A DNA stretch of 64,000 nt from contig NC_043007.1 of the NCBI RefSeq assembly GCF_006345805.1, positions 52,142,001-52,206,000 of the forward strand. The letters are read 5' to 3'. Below, piece by piece: positions 51,626 to 64,000 of the stretch (position 1 is the first letter of the stretch; the number at the start of each line of letters is the position of its first letter). Below the pieces are notes generated by a model that did not search any database, was not told the origin of the DNA, and saw only the letters and a program-made list of their open reading frames with translations. Source of the DNA: Octopus sinensis (taxonomy: Eukaryota). Both the position numbers and the translations under genes were made by a program.

Positions 51626-53161
51626 CTAGCAGTATCGCCCGGCATTGCTCGGGTTTGTAAGGGAAATAACTATATAAGCATTTTTAGAGAGTTATAGCAA
51701 AAAAATGCATTAAAAATGGAATAAAAAATGATGATAATTTTTTTTTTAAATCGTTGACTCAGTGTCTTCAAGCCATGAAGTCGTTGTTCTAAAAGAACGC
51801 TGGTCTCCTTGACAACGCTTTACGACGTTGATTTCCTTATACTCCCTTCCCCACAGCTTCACGAGGGAGGGGAGAAGCAAACACAGGTGCAGGTGTTTGA
51901 GCGTGGACGCCAACTCCGCCGCCATCGACACACAAAAAATTATGCATTAAAATGGAATAAAAAATGATGTTAAATTATTTTTAAAATCGTAGACTCATCG
52001 TAGACGCGCGCTAATAGCCAGACGGGCTCGATATTAATCACGACTATAAGATACCCGAATTTGGTTAAACTGCACCGCAAAATGTGGGAGGAGTTAGCAA
52101 TCTAAATCGAAGAGGACAGACACTCACACAACTAGAGTTTTATATATATACTAGCAGTATCGCCCGGCGTTGCTCGAGTTTGTAAGGGAAATAACTATAT
52201 AAGCATTTTTAGAGAGTTACTTCCCTTATAAATTCGGGCTTTCTCAGCCATTTTTATTTTGGTGTCTTCAAGCCATGAAGTCGTTGTTCTAAAAGAACGC
52301 TGGTTTCCTTCACAACGCATTACGACGTTGATTTCTTTACACTCCCTTCCCCACAGCTTCACGAGGGAGGGGAGAAGCAAACACAGGTGCAGGTGTTTGA
52401 GCGTGGACGCCAACTCCGCCGCCATCGATACACAAAAAATTATGCATTAAAATGGAATAAAAAATGATGTTAAATTATTTTTAAAATCGTAGACTCATCG
52501 TTGATGCGCGCTAATAGTCAGACGGGCTCGATATGAATCACGACTATAAGATACCCGAATTTGGTTAAACTGCACCGCAAAATGTGGGAGGAGTTAGGAA
52601 TCTAAATCGAAGGGGACAGACACTCACACAACTAGAGTTTTATATATATAGACTAGCAGTATCGCCCGGCGTTGCTCGGGTTTGTAAGGGAAATAACTAT
52701 ATAAGCATTTTTAGAGAGTTACTTCCCTTATAAATTCGGGCTTTCTTAGCCATTTTTGTTTTGGTGTCTTCAAGCCATGAAGTCGTTGTTCTAAAAGAAC
52801 GCTGGTCTCCTTCACAACGCATTACGACGTTGATTTCTTTACACTCCCTTCCCCACAGCTTCACGAGGGAGGGAAGAAGGGGGAGAAGCAAACAGGTGCA
52901 GCTGTGAGCGTGGACGCCAACTCCGCCGCCATCGACACACGATGCATTTTATGCATTAAAATGGAATAAAAAATGATGTTAAATTATTTTTAAAAGCGTA
53001 GACTCATCGTTGACGCGCGCTAATAGTCAGACGGGCTCGATATGAATCACGACTATAAGATATCCGAATTTGGTTAAACTGCACTGCAAAATGTGAGAGG
53101 AGTTAGGAATCTAAATCGAAGGGGACAGACACTCACACAACTAGAGTTTTATATATATAGA
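51626..53161 (-). mobile_element. Head-to-tail trimer of a non-autonomous Helitron (units 51626-52150, 52151-52652, 52653-53161)
   Basis: Each unit ends (minus strand) ...cgagcaa(c/t)gccgggcgatactgCTAG and begins T(C/A)TATATATATAAAACTC. Exact CTAG|TC junction at 52651-52656. Confidence 0.88.
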
Positions 53162-53174
53162 TATATATATATAT

Positions 53175-53558
53175 ATTGTGTGTGGTAAGTAGCTTGCTAA
53201 CGAACCACATGGTTCCGGGTTCAGTCCCACTGCGTGGCATCTTGGGCAAGTATCTTCTGCTATAGCCCCAGGCCAACCAAAGCCTTGTGAGTGGATTTGG
53301 TAGATGGAAACTGAAAGAATCCCGTCATGTATATATATATATGTGTGTGTATGTATATGTTTGTGTGTCTGTATTTGTCCTCCCAACATCGCTTGACAAC
53401 TGATGCTGGTGTGTTTACATCCCCGTAACTTAGCAGTTCGGCAAAAAGAGACCGATAGAATAAGTACAAGGCTTACAAAGAATAAGTGTTGGGGTCAATT
53501 TGCTCGACTAAAGGCGGTGCTCCAGCAACCACAATCAAATAACTGAAACAAGTAAAAA

Positions 53559-53560
<2 letters not shown>
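53175..53560 (+). mobile_element. Full-length copy of the abundant composite SINE
   Basis: tRNA-like head (gtgtggtaagtagcttgc...gggttcagtcccac), internal TA/TG tract, 3' block ending actgaaacaagtaaaa. Confidence 0.8.
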
Positions 53561-53604
<44 letters not shown>

Positions 53605-55908
53605 ACAATTGAGTAGTGGTCCTCCTTCTAACCACTTAATGTGACAAACTGTTAACAGTGTTGGCAAAGACATTAAAGAAACACTCAATGCCAACTTAGT
53701 AAAATTATCGTTTCTCTTAACTGGCATAACGGGCATAGAGAACACCATGTTAGCATCACTGATTCTATGAGCACTAATAAAAAGAACTACTCTAAACAAC
53801 AACAATGTAACAATCTCTCTCTCTGCTTCTCAGAATATTAAAGAGATACAAACTTTGACTAAAACTGCAACAAATACAATATGTATTTGTAGCTGTTATA
53901 AGAATTTATAAACTTTTGAGAGAACGTGGCATAATTCTCTTTTGGAATTGGATCTTGAAGTACAGATAAAGCTATAAACAATATTTATATTGAGTTTGAA
54001 AACCCTTTTGGATAGCTTTATATGTACTTCAATTTCAAAAAAGAATAATTCTGCAATATGTATGGTTAGAAGTTACATCATGTAAATATTTATCAATATA
54101 TTTCATATCTGTGTTAAATAAAACATTCTGTTTTTCTCTCTTAAACATAGGCACATCTGAAAATAAATATAAAAATGAAATTTGGAAAATGTTTATGTAA
54201 AACAGTTAAGACTAAACACACACACACACAGATTTGTTTTTCCAATCCCATTGCAAGTCTCCTGGGGCAAGTAGCTTTTGCTCAAGCCTTGCCTTAAGCA
54301 ATGTCTTGTAAATGGGATTTCATAGGTAGAAACTTGACTCGTGCGCACACACGTGTATGTGCATGTGTCTATTTACATTTACCACTTTTAACTGGTGTGT
54401 CAAATTAAGTCTCTTTATGTCAAACAATAACAAAGCTATTTGATATAATGTGACAGTGAGCGAATGGTGAGTTTTGTCATAGAGACATCTGCAAAATAAG
54501 AGCAACACTCCATTGTGGATCACACCTAAGATGAAATATTTTCTGACTATGAAGAAGAAAATTTAATATCTGGGATTCTATCATTCATGTGCAAAATAGG
54601 GAGCATTAAGGTTATTAAGTCACCAGGGTGAAGTGTCCACTATGTAATCTCTTTTGTATAGGATATTAAGGAAAAACTGAGGGGTATGTATATGTCATTA
54701 ATGTATAGAAGGAGGACCATCTTAATCATACAGCAGGGCTATTAGAATGTGGATCAAGGAGAGTCATGTCAAGGTATGCTGTCACACAGTAGTCTGACAG
54801 GAAACTTGTGTACCATGAACATAATGCTATTTTCAGAATCATCCCAGTTTAGAGGTTGTAGGTAGAGGGATCTGTCTGCTATATCAGTGGAAAGTAGAAA
54901 GCCCAATTACAATATGGGAGGTGAAACAGCTTGCAGAGATGTGTAATATGTGAAACCATGGGCATACAGCAGATATGGCTATGATGGTTAATTAACTCAC
55001 AGAGTCCTTTACTTGTGGTTTTCTAAATATACAAGTCTTGGTAATGGACACAGCAATACGGATGGTGTTGGTCTCAAATAAGTAAATGATGAAGCATATT
55101 TGGTGTTGCTAAGTGCAGCCAGTATAGAATCATAGGTAACCGTTGATTAATTAGCTTTCTCTAAGTAGCAAAGGCTTGGAGAAAGGTTGTTAAAGTGACA
55201 TGAGATGTGAAGTAGAGTACCTTGGTTAGGTGCTATGGGGACATAAACAATAATAGCTGGATAAAGATGGTGTTTCAATGTGAGGAAGAACTCAAAAGTA
55301 ATTGAAGAGTTGATGCGTTGGTCAGAGATAGGGACAGGGAAGGATTCTAACTGGTGCAGAGACATTAAGATAGAAAACATGATCAGCAAAGCCACTGTGA
55401 GAGGAAAGAGGGAAGAAAGAGAAGTTGTGTTCATTAAAATATCTGAACTCCAGAGAGCAGGGAGTGAAGAGAAAGGTCTGTAATGGAGAATGGAAGTCTT
55501 GCATTAGCTGGAGTTCAAAGAGATGAACTTAAAGAAATGGAAACATGGTGTTGATGAGTGTGGTGTGGTGAGTGAATTCTATGTATGTACAGACAGAATT
55601 TGAAACGCAGAATGAACAGTAGAGATGGGAAATCAGTGGCCTCTAGTGAACCTCTTCCAATCCTGTAACTATTAGACAATTATGTACCAGCTGCTGAAAA
55701 ATTACATGTCACATGTACTCCTCAACACGACCATGTAACCCCAACAGACAAGTGCTACAAGTTATCTTTATTCTTGTAGAGTACCATCTAGCCCCAGCAA
55801 ACAACAGCTACAAGTCACCTATAATTCTGCAGAGTACCAGCTAACCCCAAGAAACACACAACTAAAACCATAAAAATCCCAATATGTTAACAGGCTTTTA
55901 TGCAATAT

Positions 55909-55940
<32 letters not shown>

Positions 55941-58900
55941 TTGTGCAGCTGAACTTTTCAAAGGGAAATTACAGATGTTACTACAATTAACAAAGAATAA
56001 GCAAATTCAAAGATAGTCTTCAGTGACATGAGTGTTAATACTTCTTACAACTTCTAAGTGACTGAAGTTAAATATTGTATTTTAAGCTGATTAAATTAAA
56101 CAATTATACCTGCCAATGGGAATGACAAGTCAAAGAGGATACATCAACATGGTGACTAAAAATAGCAGCCAATTAGGGCAAAAGTTACACCATATACCTT
56201 TAGAAAATAAAGACATAATAACTAATATAATCCTAGGACTGTGTTTATGAAAAAGACGAGCAGGTCACATCTGGAATGTCCTTGATTATGGTTCTCAACC
56301 AGGACTAATCTGAGACAAAACAATATTAAACAACCAATGAATAAGTGAAAATATCAGCTGCAACTGGAAGTAAATGAAGGACTTCAAAAGATTTTCTCAT
56401 ATTTATGACATCTTCCAAAGGTTCTAAGAAAATCCCATTGGAGAAGCCTAACCTTATTTACATAAAGAATAATTCTTTCTCTTCATTCTCTCCCACCAGC
56501 TGTAAATCATTTCCGACATTATCTGAGAACAGAAGATTCACCATAAACCCATTATATGATGATGATAAAGCATTATCCCCGCCACTAACAATAGAACACA
56601 AAGTAAGCTGATAGGTCAGAGATAACAACTAACTTATTAATAAAAGTGGGAGCGTGATGGAAAAATAGAATGTATGAAACAGAGAAAGCCAGGTTTAATT
56701 CTAGCTAGTTTTCTTCTACCTAAAAGATTGTTATGTGGCCCAGGCCACAGCTACCCTGCAATACAAATTTTAAAAGTAAATATTCTTTTCTACTCTAGGC
56801 ACAAGGCCTGAAATTTTGGGGGAGAGGGGCCAGTCAATTAGATCAACCCCAGTATGCAACTGGTACTTAATCTATCAACCCCAAAAGGATGAAAAGCAAA
56901 GTTGACCTCAGTGGAATTTGAACTCAGAATGTAAAGACAGACAAAAAGTAAATATTAAACAAACTTGATTCAGCTACCCCAACTCTGGATTTGTACACCA
57001 AATCTCTCTTTGTACCAACTATCAACCCTTCTTTCTAAAACTATTTTACTTTATATCAAGCAAATTCATTTACAAAGTTATGTACTTTTGGGTCGACCAA
57101 GAATACAATACAATTTTTCCTTAAGGTGCCACACACTGGGATTGAACTGGGAACTATATAGTTATGGGGCATCTTTCTCAACTACACTGACATAACTGGA
57201 CCCATTTCCTCAAAATTCCCTGTTTGGTCAAGTTTAGTTATCTATACAAACCACACCAACTACCATCAGTGTCCTAAGCTCAACACCATAACAGACATTA
57301 TCTGTTTTATTAATTATGGGGGAAAACATGAGTCTAAAACACAAAAGAAATAAACAAATAAAAAAGTTACTTTACTCCACCACAATCAGACAGTAGACCT
57401 CTAAATAAAATTGCAATTTTTATTATCTGCCTTTCATCATCCCATGATCAATAAAATACCTGTCAATTACTGAATCAATTGATTCAACTAAAGCCACCAC
57501 CCCACCATACCTAAGTTTGTAACAATAATTATTATTTTGACAATAATCTAAGAATAATCACAGTAAAATTATTTTTGTAGCCGCAGAAGTTGAAAAAGTT
57601 TGATTTCTAATAACTGATTTATATTTAAATTAAACCACACACTGTAGGATGATAAAGTTGGTGGTGTGCATAACAGAACAAATTGAGTATTAATAATAAA
57701 TCAATAATTTTATTATGAAATGTGATTTAAATAATTTACTTTCCCTCAAAATAAAAGAGAATCAGGGGAAAATGGCACATGATGTGAAATTAACAAGACT
57801 CAACATAAAATATTCTCTATAGCTTCTTCACAATTTGTTGTAGTGGCTTACTTCATAATATACTGATGCACCATGCACTTAAAGAAAATAAATTATTGAA
57901 ATTAGTCATTATTCATTTTGCCCCAGTTTAGACATCATTTTTTTGAAAACTGAAAATTATCAAATTAAACATTAGTGTGGGAAAAAAATTGACTTGGAAT
58001 TCAACAGAGAAAAGGATATTGATTGTTAAACACCAAAAACTATCCAGATGTTTTATTATAGACCTCAATTACAATTGGGTCAAAATTTCTTGGAAAGATA
58101 GTACTAGTCACCTGAGTATTCTTCAAACTCTTTCAACAACTATGCTGAGCAATTTTTCCTCTAAAAGATGATGCAATACTTGCAGGTAGAGAGAAAACAA
58201 GAAATCAAAAATTACTCACTTTGCTCCCACCACTTATATATATATATGGGGGGATGGAGGTGTTTTTACTGCGTTTTTCACTTTGAGACAAAATATATTT
58301 TTTTTTACAAATGTTCACTACCTTACAAAAACTACATCAGCTAAGAAAATGACTGTCCCTAAATGCCTTAAAACATAATCTGATCACTTTCAGAAAATTA
58401 TTGCTGTTCCCATTGAGCATGTAAAAGACAATTTTGGCTGGGGCAAAATGAGTCATACACATCAATATCCATCCCTAGACATCAGAAAGACCAGAAATGC
58501 AAAAAAACTTTACTGCTAAAGATGATGCAACAGTACAAAATAATGATGCAATTTCAAACAGGAGGGAGAAAATAATGAGAAATCAGAAGTTACTCATTTT
58601 GCCCCAGTTACTAATTCTGCTCCAACCGCTGATACACACACACAAACTTACAGGGTTAGACATACAAGTGGACAGGCAAAGACACAGATACAGGTGTGTA
58701 AATGCGTTCATCTGTACAGCGTAATTTGATAGCTTTGCTATTTTACTGATTTCTTTTCTTTACTTTTTTTTTTTTTTTTGCTGTCTCACAAACTACTGAA
58801 TCCACCCAACTCATTATAATTAATGTAAATTAAACAGAAAATTTTGATACCTTCACCCGCACGATTTTCACTAAGGAAAAAAGATTTTTTGTGCAAAATC

Positions 58901-59213
58901 AAGTACCTGGACCTCCTTATTTATGCCGCAAACCCCTTATTTTTGTTTGGGAAAAAAAAGGTGAGGGGGGAACCCCCCCATCCTGGAATCATTGGAAATT
59001 TTTTTTTCTGCAGAATGAATTATGGCGACCTCCTAATATACCACAAAACCCTTTTTGGGATCTGGAAAATGGGGTCAGGTGGGGTGGAACCCTTGGAAAA
59101 ATATAAGATATATATTTAAGAGTGACAAATGGACTATATATATATATATATATATAATAATAATTATTTAACGGCGGTGCATCAGCTCTGAGCTGAAACT
59201 TTAAAAAAAAAAA

Positions 59214-59244
<31 letters not shown>

Positions 59245-60356
59245 AATATTTGGCAATCCTTCAGTTAAGGATAATAAAAGGGATACAAATATACACACAT
59301 ATGGACCACAGTCTTCTTTCAGCTTCCGTGTATGAAATCCACTTACAAGGCTTTGGTCAGCCAGTTGCGTGTGTGCGTGTGTCTGTGTTTGTATCCCCAC
59401 CATCACTTGACAACCGATGTTGCTGTGTTTACATCCCTGTAACTTAGCGCTCCAGCAAAAGACACCAATAGAATAAGTACTAGGCTTACAAAGATTAAAT
59501 CGTGAGGTCAATTTATTCGACTAAAGGTGGTGCTCTAGCATGGCTGCAGTCACATGACTGAAGTAAAACAATAAAAAACAATACCAATTTAATCCCAAGC
59601 AATGCCGGGTATCTCTGCTTATATATATATATATATGGCAGTACATGCATATACCCATATACATATTGACAAATCAACCACAGTACTTATTTTTTTAAGC
59701 CTGGTACTTATTCTATCGGTTTCTAATAGCAAACTGCTAAGTTACAGGGATGTCAACAAAAATAATACCGGTTGTCTGAGGAGGTGCAAACAATCATATA
59801 CACACACACAACAGGCTTTTTTCAGTTTCCCAGCCTGGGGCTATAGAAGACTGCTAGCACAGAGGAAATGAATTCTGAACCATGTCACTCTTATGTACAC
59901 ACACACACACACACACAGTGTCAGATGCAGATGGCAGTGGTTGTACAGGCCTACATGGAGTAGCAGTCTTGCATGCAGCGACTGTATTTGAAGATGCTCA
60001 TCATAGGGCTAGATATATGGATGGACACACACACACTAATGGACATAAATATATATTCTCTCTCTATCTTTTCCTTTCAATCCTTTCTGTCGAAAACTTT
60101 TACTTTCTTCCAGGACATCAAACTAATACACCTACTTTTTGTTCCCTCACCTGTCATCTTTTGTTTTCTGTGAATTTGAACTACACAACTATATATATGT
60201 GTGTGCTTTTCAAAGTGACACACAGTCACTGATCTCACAAGTAGAAAAATTATTATATACAAATACACACATAGATATTTGTTTGATAAGTGCTAAAGCA
60301 CGAAACTCTCTCCCCTTGAGTCACTGTTACTTATACTCTCTCTCTCTCTGTATATG

Positions 60357-60420
<64 letters not shown>

Positions 60421-61764
60421 TGTGTGTGTGTGTGTGCATACACACATACACACTCATGTTTTTGAGTTCTATTTTTCTTGTTTGCATCACCAAACCTATA
60501 TATTGGTTTTCAATAATATATATATATCGTTTTTGTATTTAGTTTGCAAGATTCTTTATGACTCTTCCCAAACACTAAATGAATGCCAAATGGATGGTAA
60601 CTGTGTAACATACAGACTTCTCTTCAGTACACACCATTCAATCTAACATACATACTCACTCCAATAATTATATAAGCTAATGAAGAGGGAACTAGAGAAG
60701 GAAAAATGCAAGATTTTGAAAATATTGTGAGATTATATATAGAGATTTATAAAATCAGGTTATTACTGAGTCTGAGAAGATTTAGATTATGGTATAATTG
60801 CGAAACAATGTAAAAATAGGCGTAAGAGTATTGGTTGTTTGGTCCCAGCTCAGTCCTGATTAAGAAGGCCCATAATCAGACAGTGGAGGATTTACCTGCT
60901 ATTTCTAGCAGATCCTGTAATCACATAGAGATTGGCTTATTGTTCATGCAGGAAATAAACGAGAAATTGTTGCAGAGCTGAAACTGCCTCTTCAACTATT
61001 TTCATGAAGCGGGGTGGGTGTTTCAGTGAAATAAAAGATATTTTTATTTTGTTGTTTCATGAAGCACCTTGCTGAATGGGACAAGCAAATAATGGTGGGG
61101 GGATATTTCAAGCGGTCCGGTAAAATTCGTAAATTATATTTATAAATTTCACCCACCACCAACACATACGCGCGCGTACATATGATTGTGTATTGATGTG
61201 TGTATTTTTGATAGAAGGCCTAAAATTTATGAGAATTACAACTACGATTGAAGTTACATAAAATAATCAAACAATTTGCTCCCACAATATAATTTACATT
61301 ATTATTTAAAGTGAGCCATTACAGTTCCCAGAGAGACAACATAGCTTCAGAACCAAGTAAAACGGCAAGTGTATATATTTCAACATACTTGCATACGTAT
61401 GTCAGTATGTTATATATTTGTGTAGAGAAAGAGCAATACAGATATTTCGATATATACACACATACATTATATCATATGTCTGTATCATACGTGTGTGCGC
61501 GCTGTGATCGCACATTAATGAAATCCGACGAAAAAAAAAAAGAAAGAATGGCCAGCGAGGTTGTGAGAAGGGAGAACAATAATTCAATGAAGCGACAAAA
61601 GACGGAAGCCAGCAGTTGCTGCCACAATCCGCCGGAATGGTGAAGAAACAGGAGTAAAGAAGACAATGTTGTAGAGTTAAAAAACAGAAGCAACAAGTCA
61701 ACATTGTAGTGTCCTTTCGACGTCTTTAAAGTATGATGAAATGCAGAAAGAAATGGATTTTTAC

Positions 61765-61774
61765 CTGTGGACAT
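61765..61774 (-). CDS. Candidate start-codon micro-exon ATG TCC ACA G| (M-S-T-) for a short reticulon isoform
   Basis: Phase-1 donor AG|gtaaaa is compatible with the 40118 acceptor (giving [11 protein letters not shown]). It adjoins a CpG-retaining zone at 61.0-61.75 kb. No transcript evidence. Confidence 0.22.
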
Positions 61775-62517
61775 GTTTCTAAATAAATAAAAAATAAACA
61801 AAAAGTTTAACTGGAATGAAATAAATCCTGTTTGGAGTTGAATGTCTGAACAGGGTTCAGATTCAGTCCTTCTCCTGTAGTTTCAGTACTACAACTACTA
61901 TTACATTAATATCTACATCTACCGCTGCTCTGTACCCCTCTCTCTTATGAACCGCCCCCTTTCTTCAATAAATATACCTTTTGTCTCTCCATTCATTCTT
62001 TTCATTCAAATCCTGATTTGTCACAAACTCTCTCATACAACTCTGCATGACATGTCCTTTCTCTCTATGCATTGTCTGTCAAAACATAATTATAATTAAA
62101 TATAATAATGGACAAATAATAATGTGCTCATCGAAAACAGAGAGACACTTTCCTCTTTTAGACTTTGTCATTGTTTGTATATAGTTAAGTTTATTTATCA
62201 GTGACAATTAAAGGTTAGATTCCGGCAATCTAGGAATAGACATAATCTTTTATTTAGTTTTGCAAATATTAGAGGCTGAAAAAGAAAACAGAACGTTACA
62301 CTCCAACATCGCCTATATAAAACAAATTTAGATGTTGATGTCATTAGAAGCAATAGGGAAATATTTTGGGTAAAGCGTTTCATATACAGAAATAAACAAA
62401 CTTTAGATCATTCAAATAAGTCCGAAATACGTTTGAGACATTTGAACCTGCAAACACTGCGTACACACACATATATATGCGTATATGTTTATTTGTAAGC
62501 GTGTTTACATGTGTGTA

Positions 62518-62603
<86 letters not shown>

Positions 62604-64000
62604 TACACACACACATACAGAGAGAGAGAGAGCAATACACATGTTATACACACATACATATATATAGGATGTCCTAAAAGCATTGTTTATGCTTGTAATC
62701 CACTCTGCCCCACCAAGCATTCCCAAATACTTAACCCTCCATTACTCTTATCTATGGCACTATTCTTTGATTTTAAACACATAAGAGCAGAATAGGCACA
62801 TATCATTCTCCTTCTCCACTTTCTTTGCAATACCATGTACCCCCTCCTCTTGGATCCACTTCTATCCCTTATCCTCGTTATCCTCCCCATCTCATACTAT
62901 TTTTGCCCGATCACCTCTTTCCGGTGCCTCCAGTTATCTCTTTCTTCTACCATACTCCATTTTATCACCTCACATATCTGCTGTCATTCTCAACACCCTC
63001 TCGTATCTGCCACCAGACCCCACTAAAACTACATTTATGTACAATTCCTTCCTCACTTACTCTTGCACATCACCCCTCTTCCTTCTGGTCTATCCTCCTT
63101 CTTGAGCTACTTCTCTCACCCTCTTTCTCTCTCATTTAACACACTTTCTATACTAGTATTTTCCATCAACTGCTCCTCCACTCTGTACATTCAGCTTTAC
63201 TCCCATTTCTAACCATCTGTTACACTCTTCTTGTATTCTTATGAAACTACACCCAACCCGCTCACTCACCCATCTACAGTCCATATGCTCACCTTGCGAA
63301 TTTGCTTAACTCCAGTCACTACAATCTTTATCTCCTTCCTAACAACTCCCACCCAAATGTTATGTAATGTGAAGCCATGTATCTTTTCTATGCTTGTCCC
63401 TTCTATTATACACCTCTCAACACCTAGCATAAAACCATCTCCTCCTTTTGGTTCACCTTTTCGCTGTTCTTTCCATCTTGCAAATTACTTAGCAACCCCA
63501 CTCGTGCCAGAGGCATAAAAAAGAGCAGCCAGTCTGTACAGTAAAGTAGTTGGCATTAGGAAGGACATCTAGTCATAGAAACCATGCTAAAGCTGACACA
63601 AGGTTGGCACAGCCCTCTGGCTTGCCAAATCCTGTCTAAATATCTAGCCCACGCCTGCATGGAAAATTATGTTAAATGATGATATTGATAACACTGATGA
63701 TATGTACATATTATGTAAGTATATCTTATCTTTAATATTTTACTTGTTTCAGTCATTAGACTGTGGGCATGCTGGAGCACTCTTTTCAAGGGACTCTTGA
63801 AACAAATGGATTCCAGTACTTTATAAGCCTAATACTTATTGTATGGGCCCCTTTTGCTGAACTGCTAAGCGACAGGGATGTAAACAAATACTGGTTGTCA
63901 AGAAGTGTTGGGGACAATCACAACACACACATGTACATACATATATATACATAATGGATTTCTTTCAGTTTCTGTCAACCATATCCACTCACAAGGCTTT

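Noticed and set aside
61472-61801. 109-aa hydrophobic minus-strand ORF as a reticulon N-terminal exon or membrane protein
   Set aside because: The hydrophobicity follows from T-rich composition. The only internal donor I noticed (AC|gtatga) is phase 2 and incompatible with the phase-1 RHD acceptor, and there are no recognisable motifs.

Overview
AT-rich, repeat-dense animal DNA, most consistent with an octopus (coleoid cephalopod). That assignment is inferred from my recollection of the SINE/RTE families and the very long TA/CA microsatellites, not from a search. The only host gene I can support is a minus-strand reticulon. Its reticulon homology domain (RHD) is split into six exons with GT-AG boundaries: 39911-40118, 37567-37705, 17300-17369, 16157-16203, 8661-8719 and 134-182 (208/139/70/47/59/49 nt). 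They splice in frame and end in ...KKKAKAQ*. The N-terminal exon(s) are not securely located; one weak candidate lies at 61765-61774. The introns hold two mariner copies, a palindromic mariner derivative, a Tigger/pogo, a near-full-length Penelope-like element (PLE) plus a truncated one with inverted termini, an RTE LINE with a PHD-like finger, Helitrons (one as a head-to-tail trimer) and many SINEs. The most unusual features are: (i) a 342-bp tandem/inverted non-coding repeat with hammerhead-like cores (retrozyme candidate, 45.15-45.91 kb); (ii) several decayed minimal hammerhead motifs in PLE-type termini; (iii) at least seven long inverted-repeat pairs in one pre-mRNA, which are potential ADAR substrates. 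The 27-36 kb region contains a 100-N gap and noisy sequence, so assembly artefacts are possible there.
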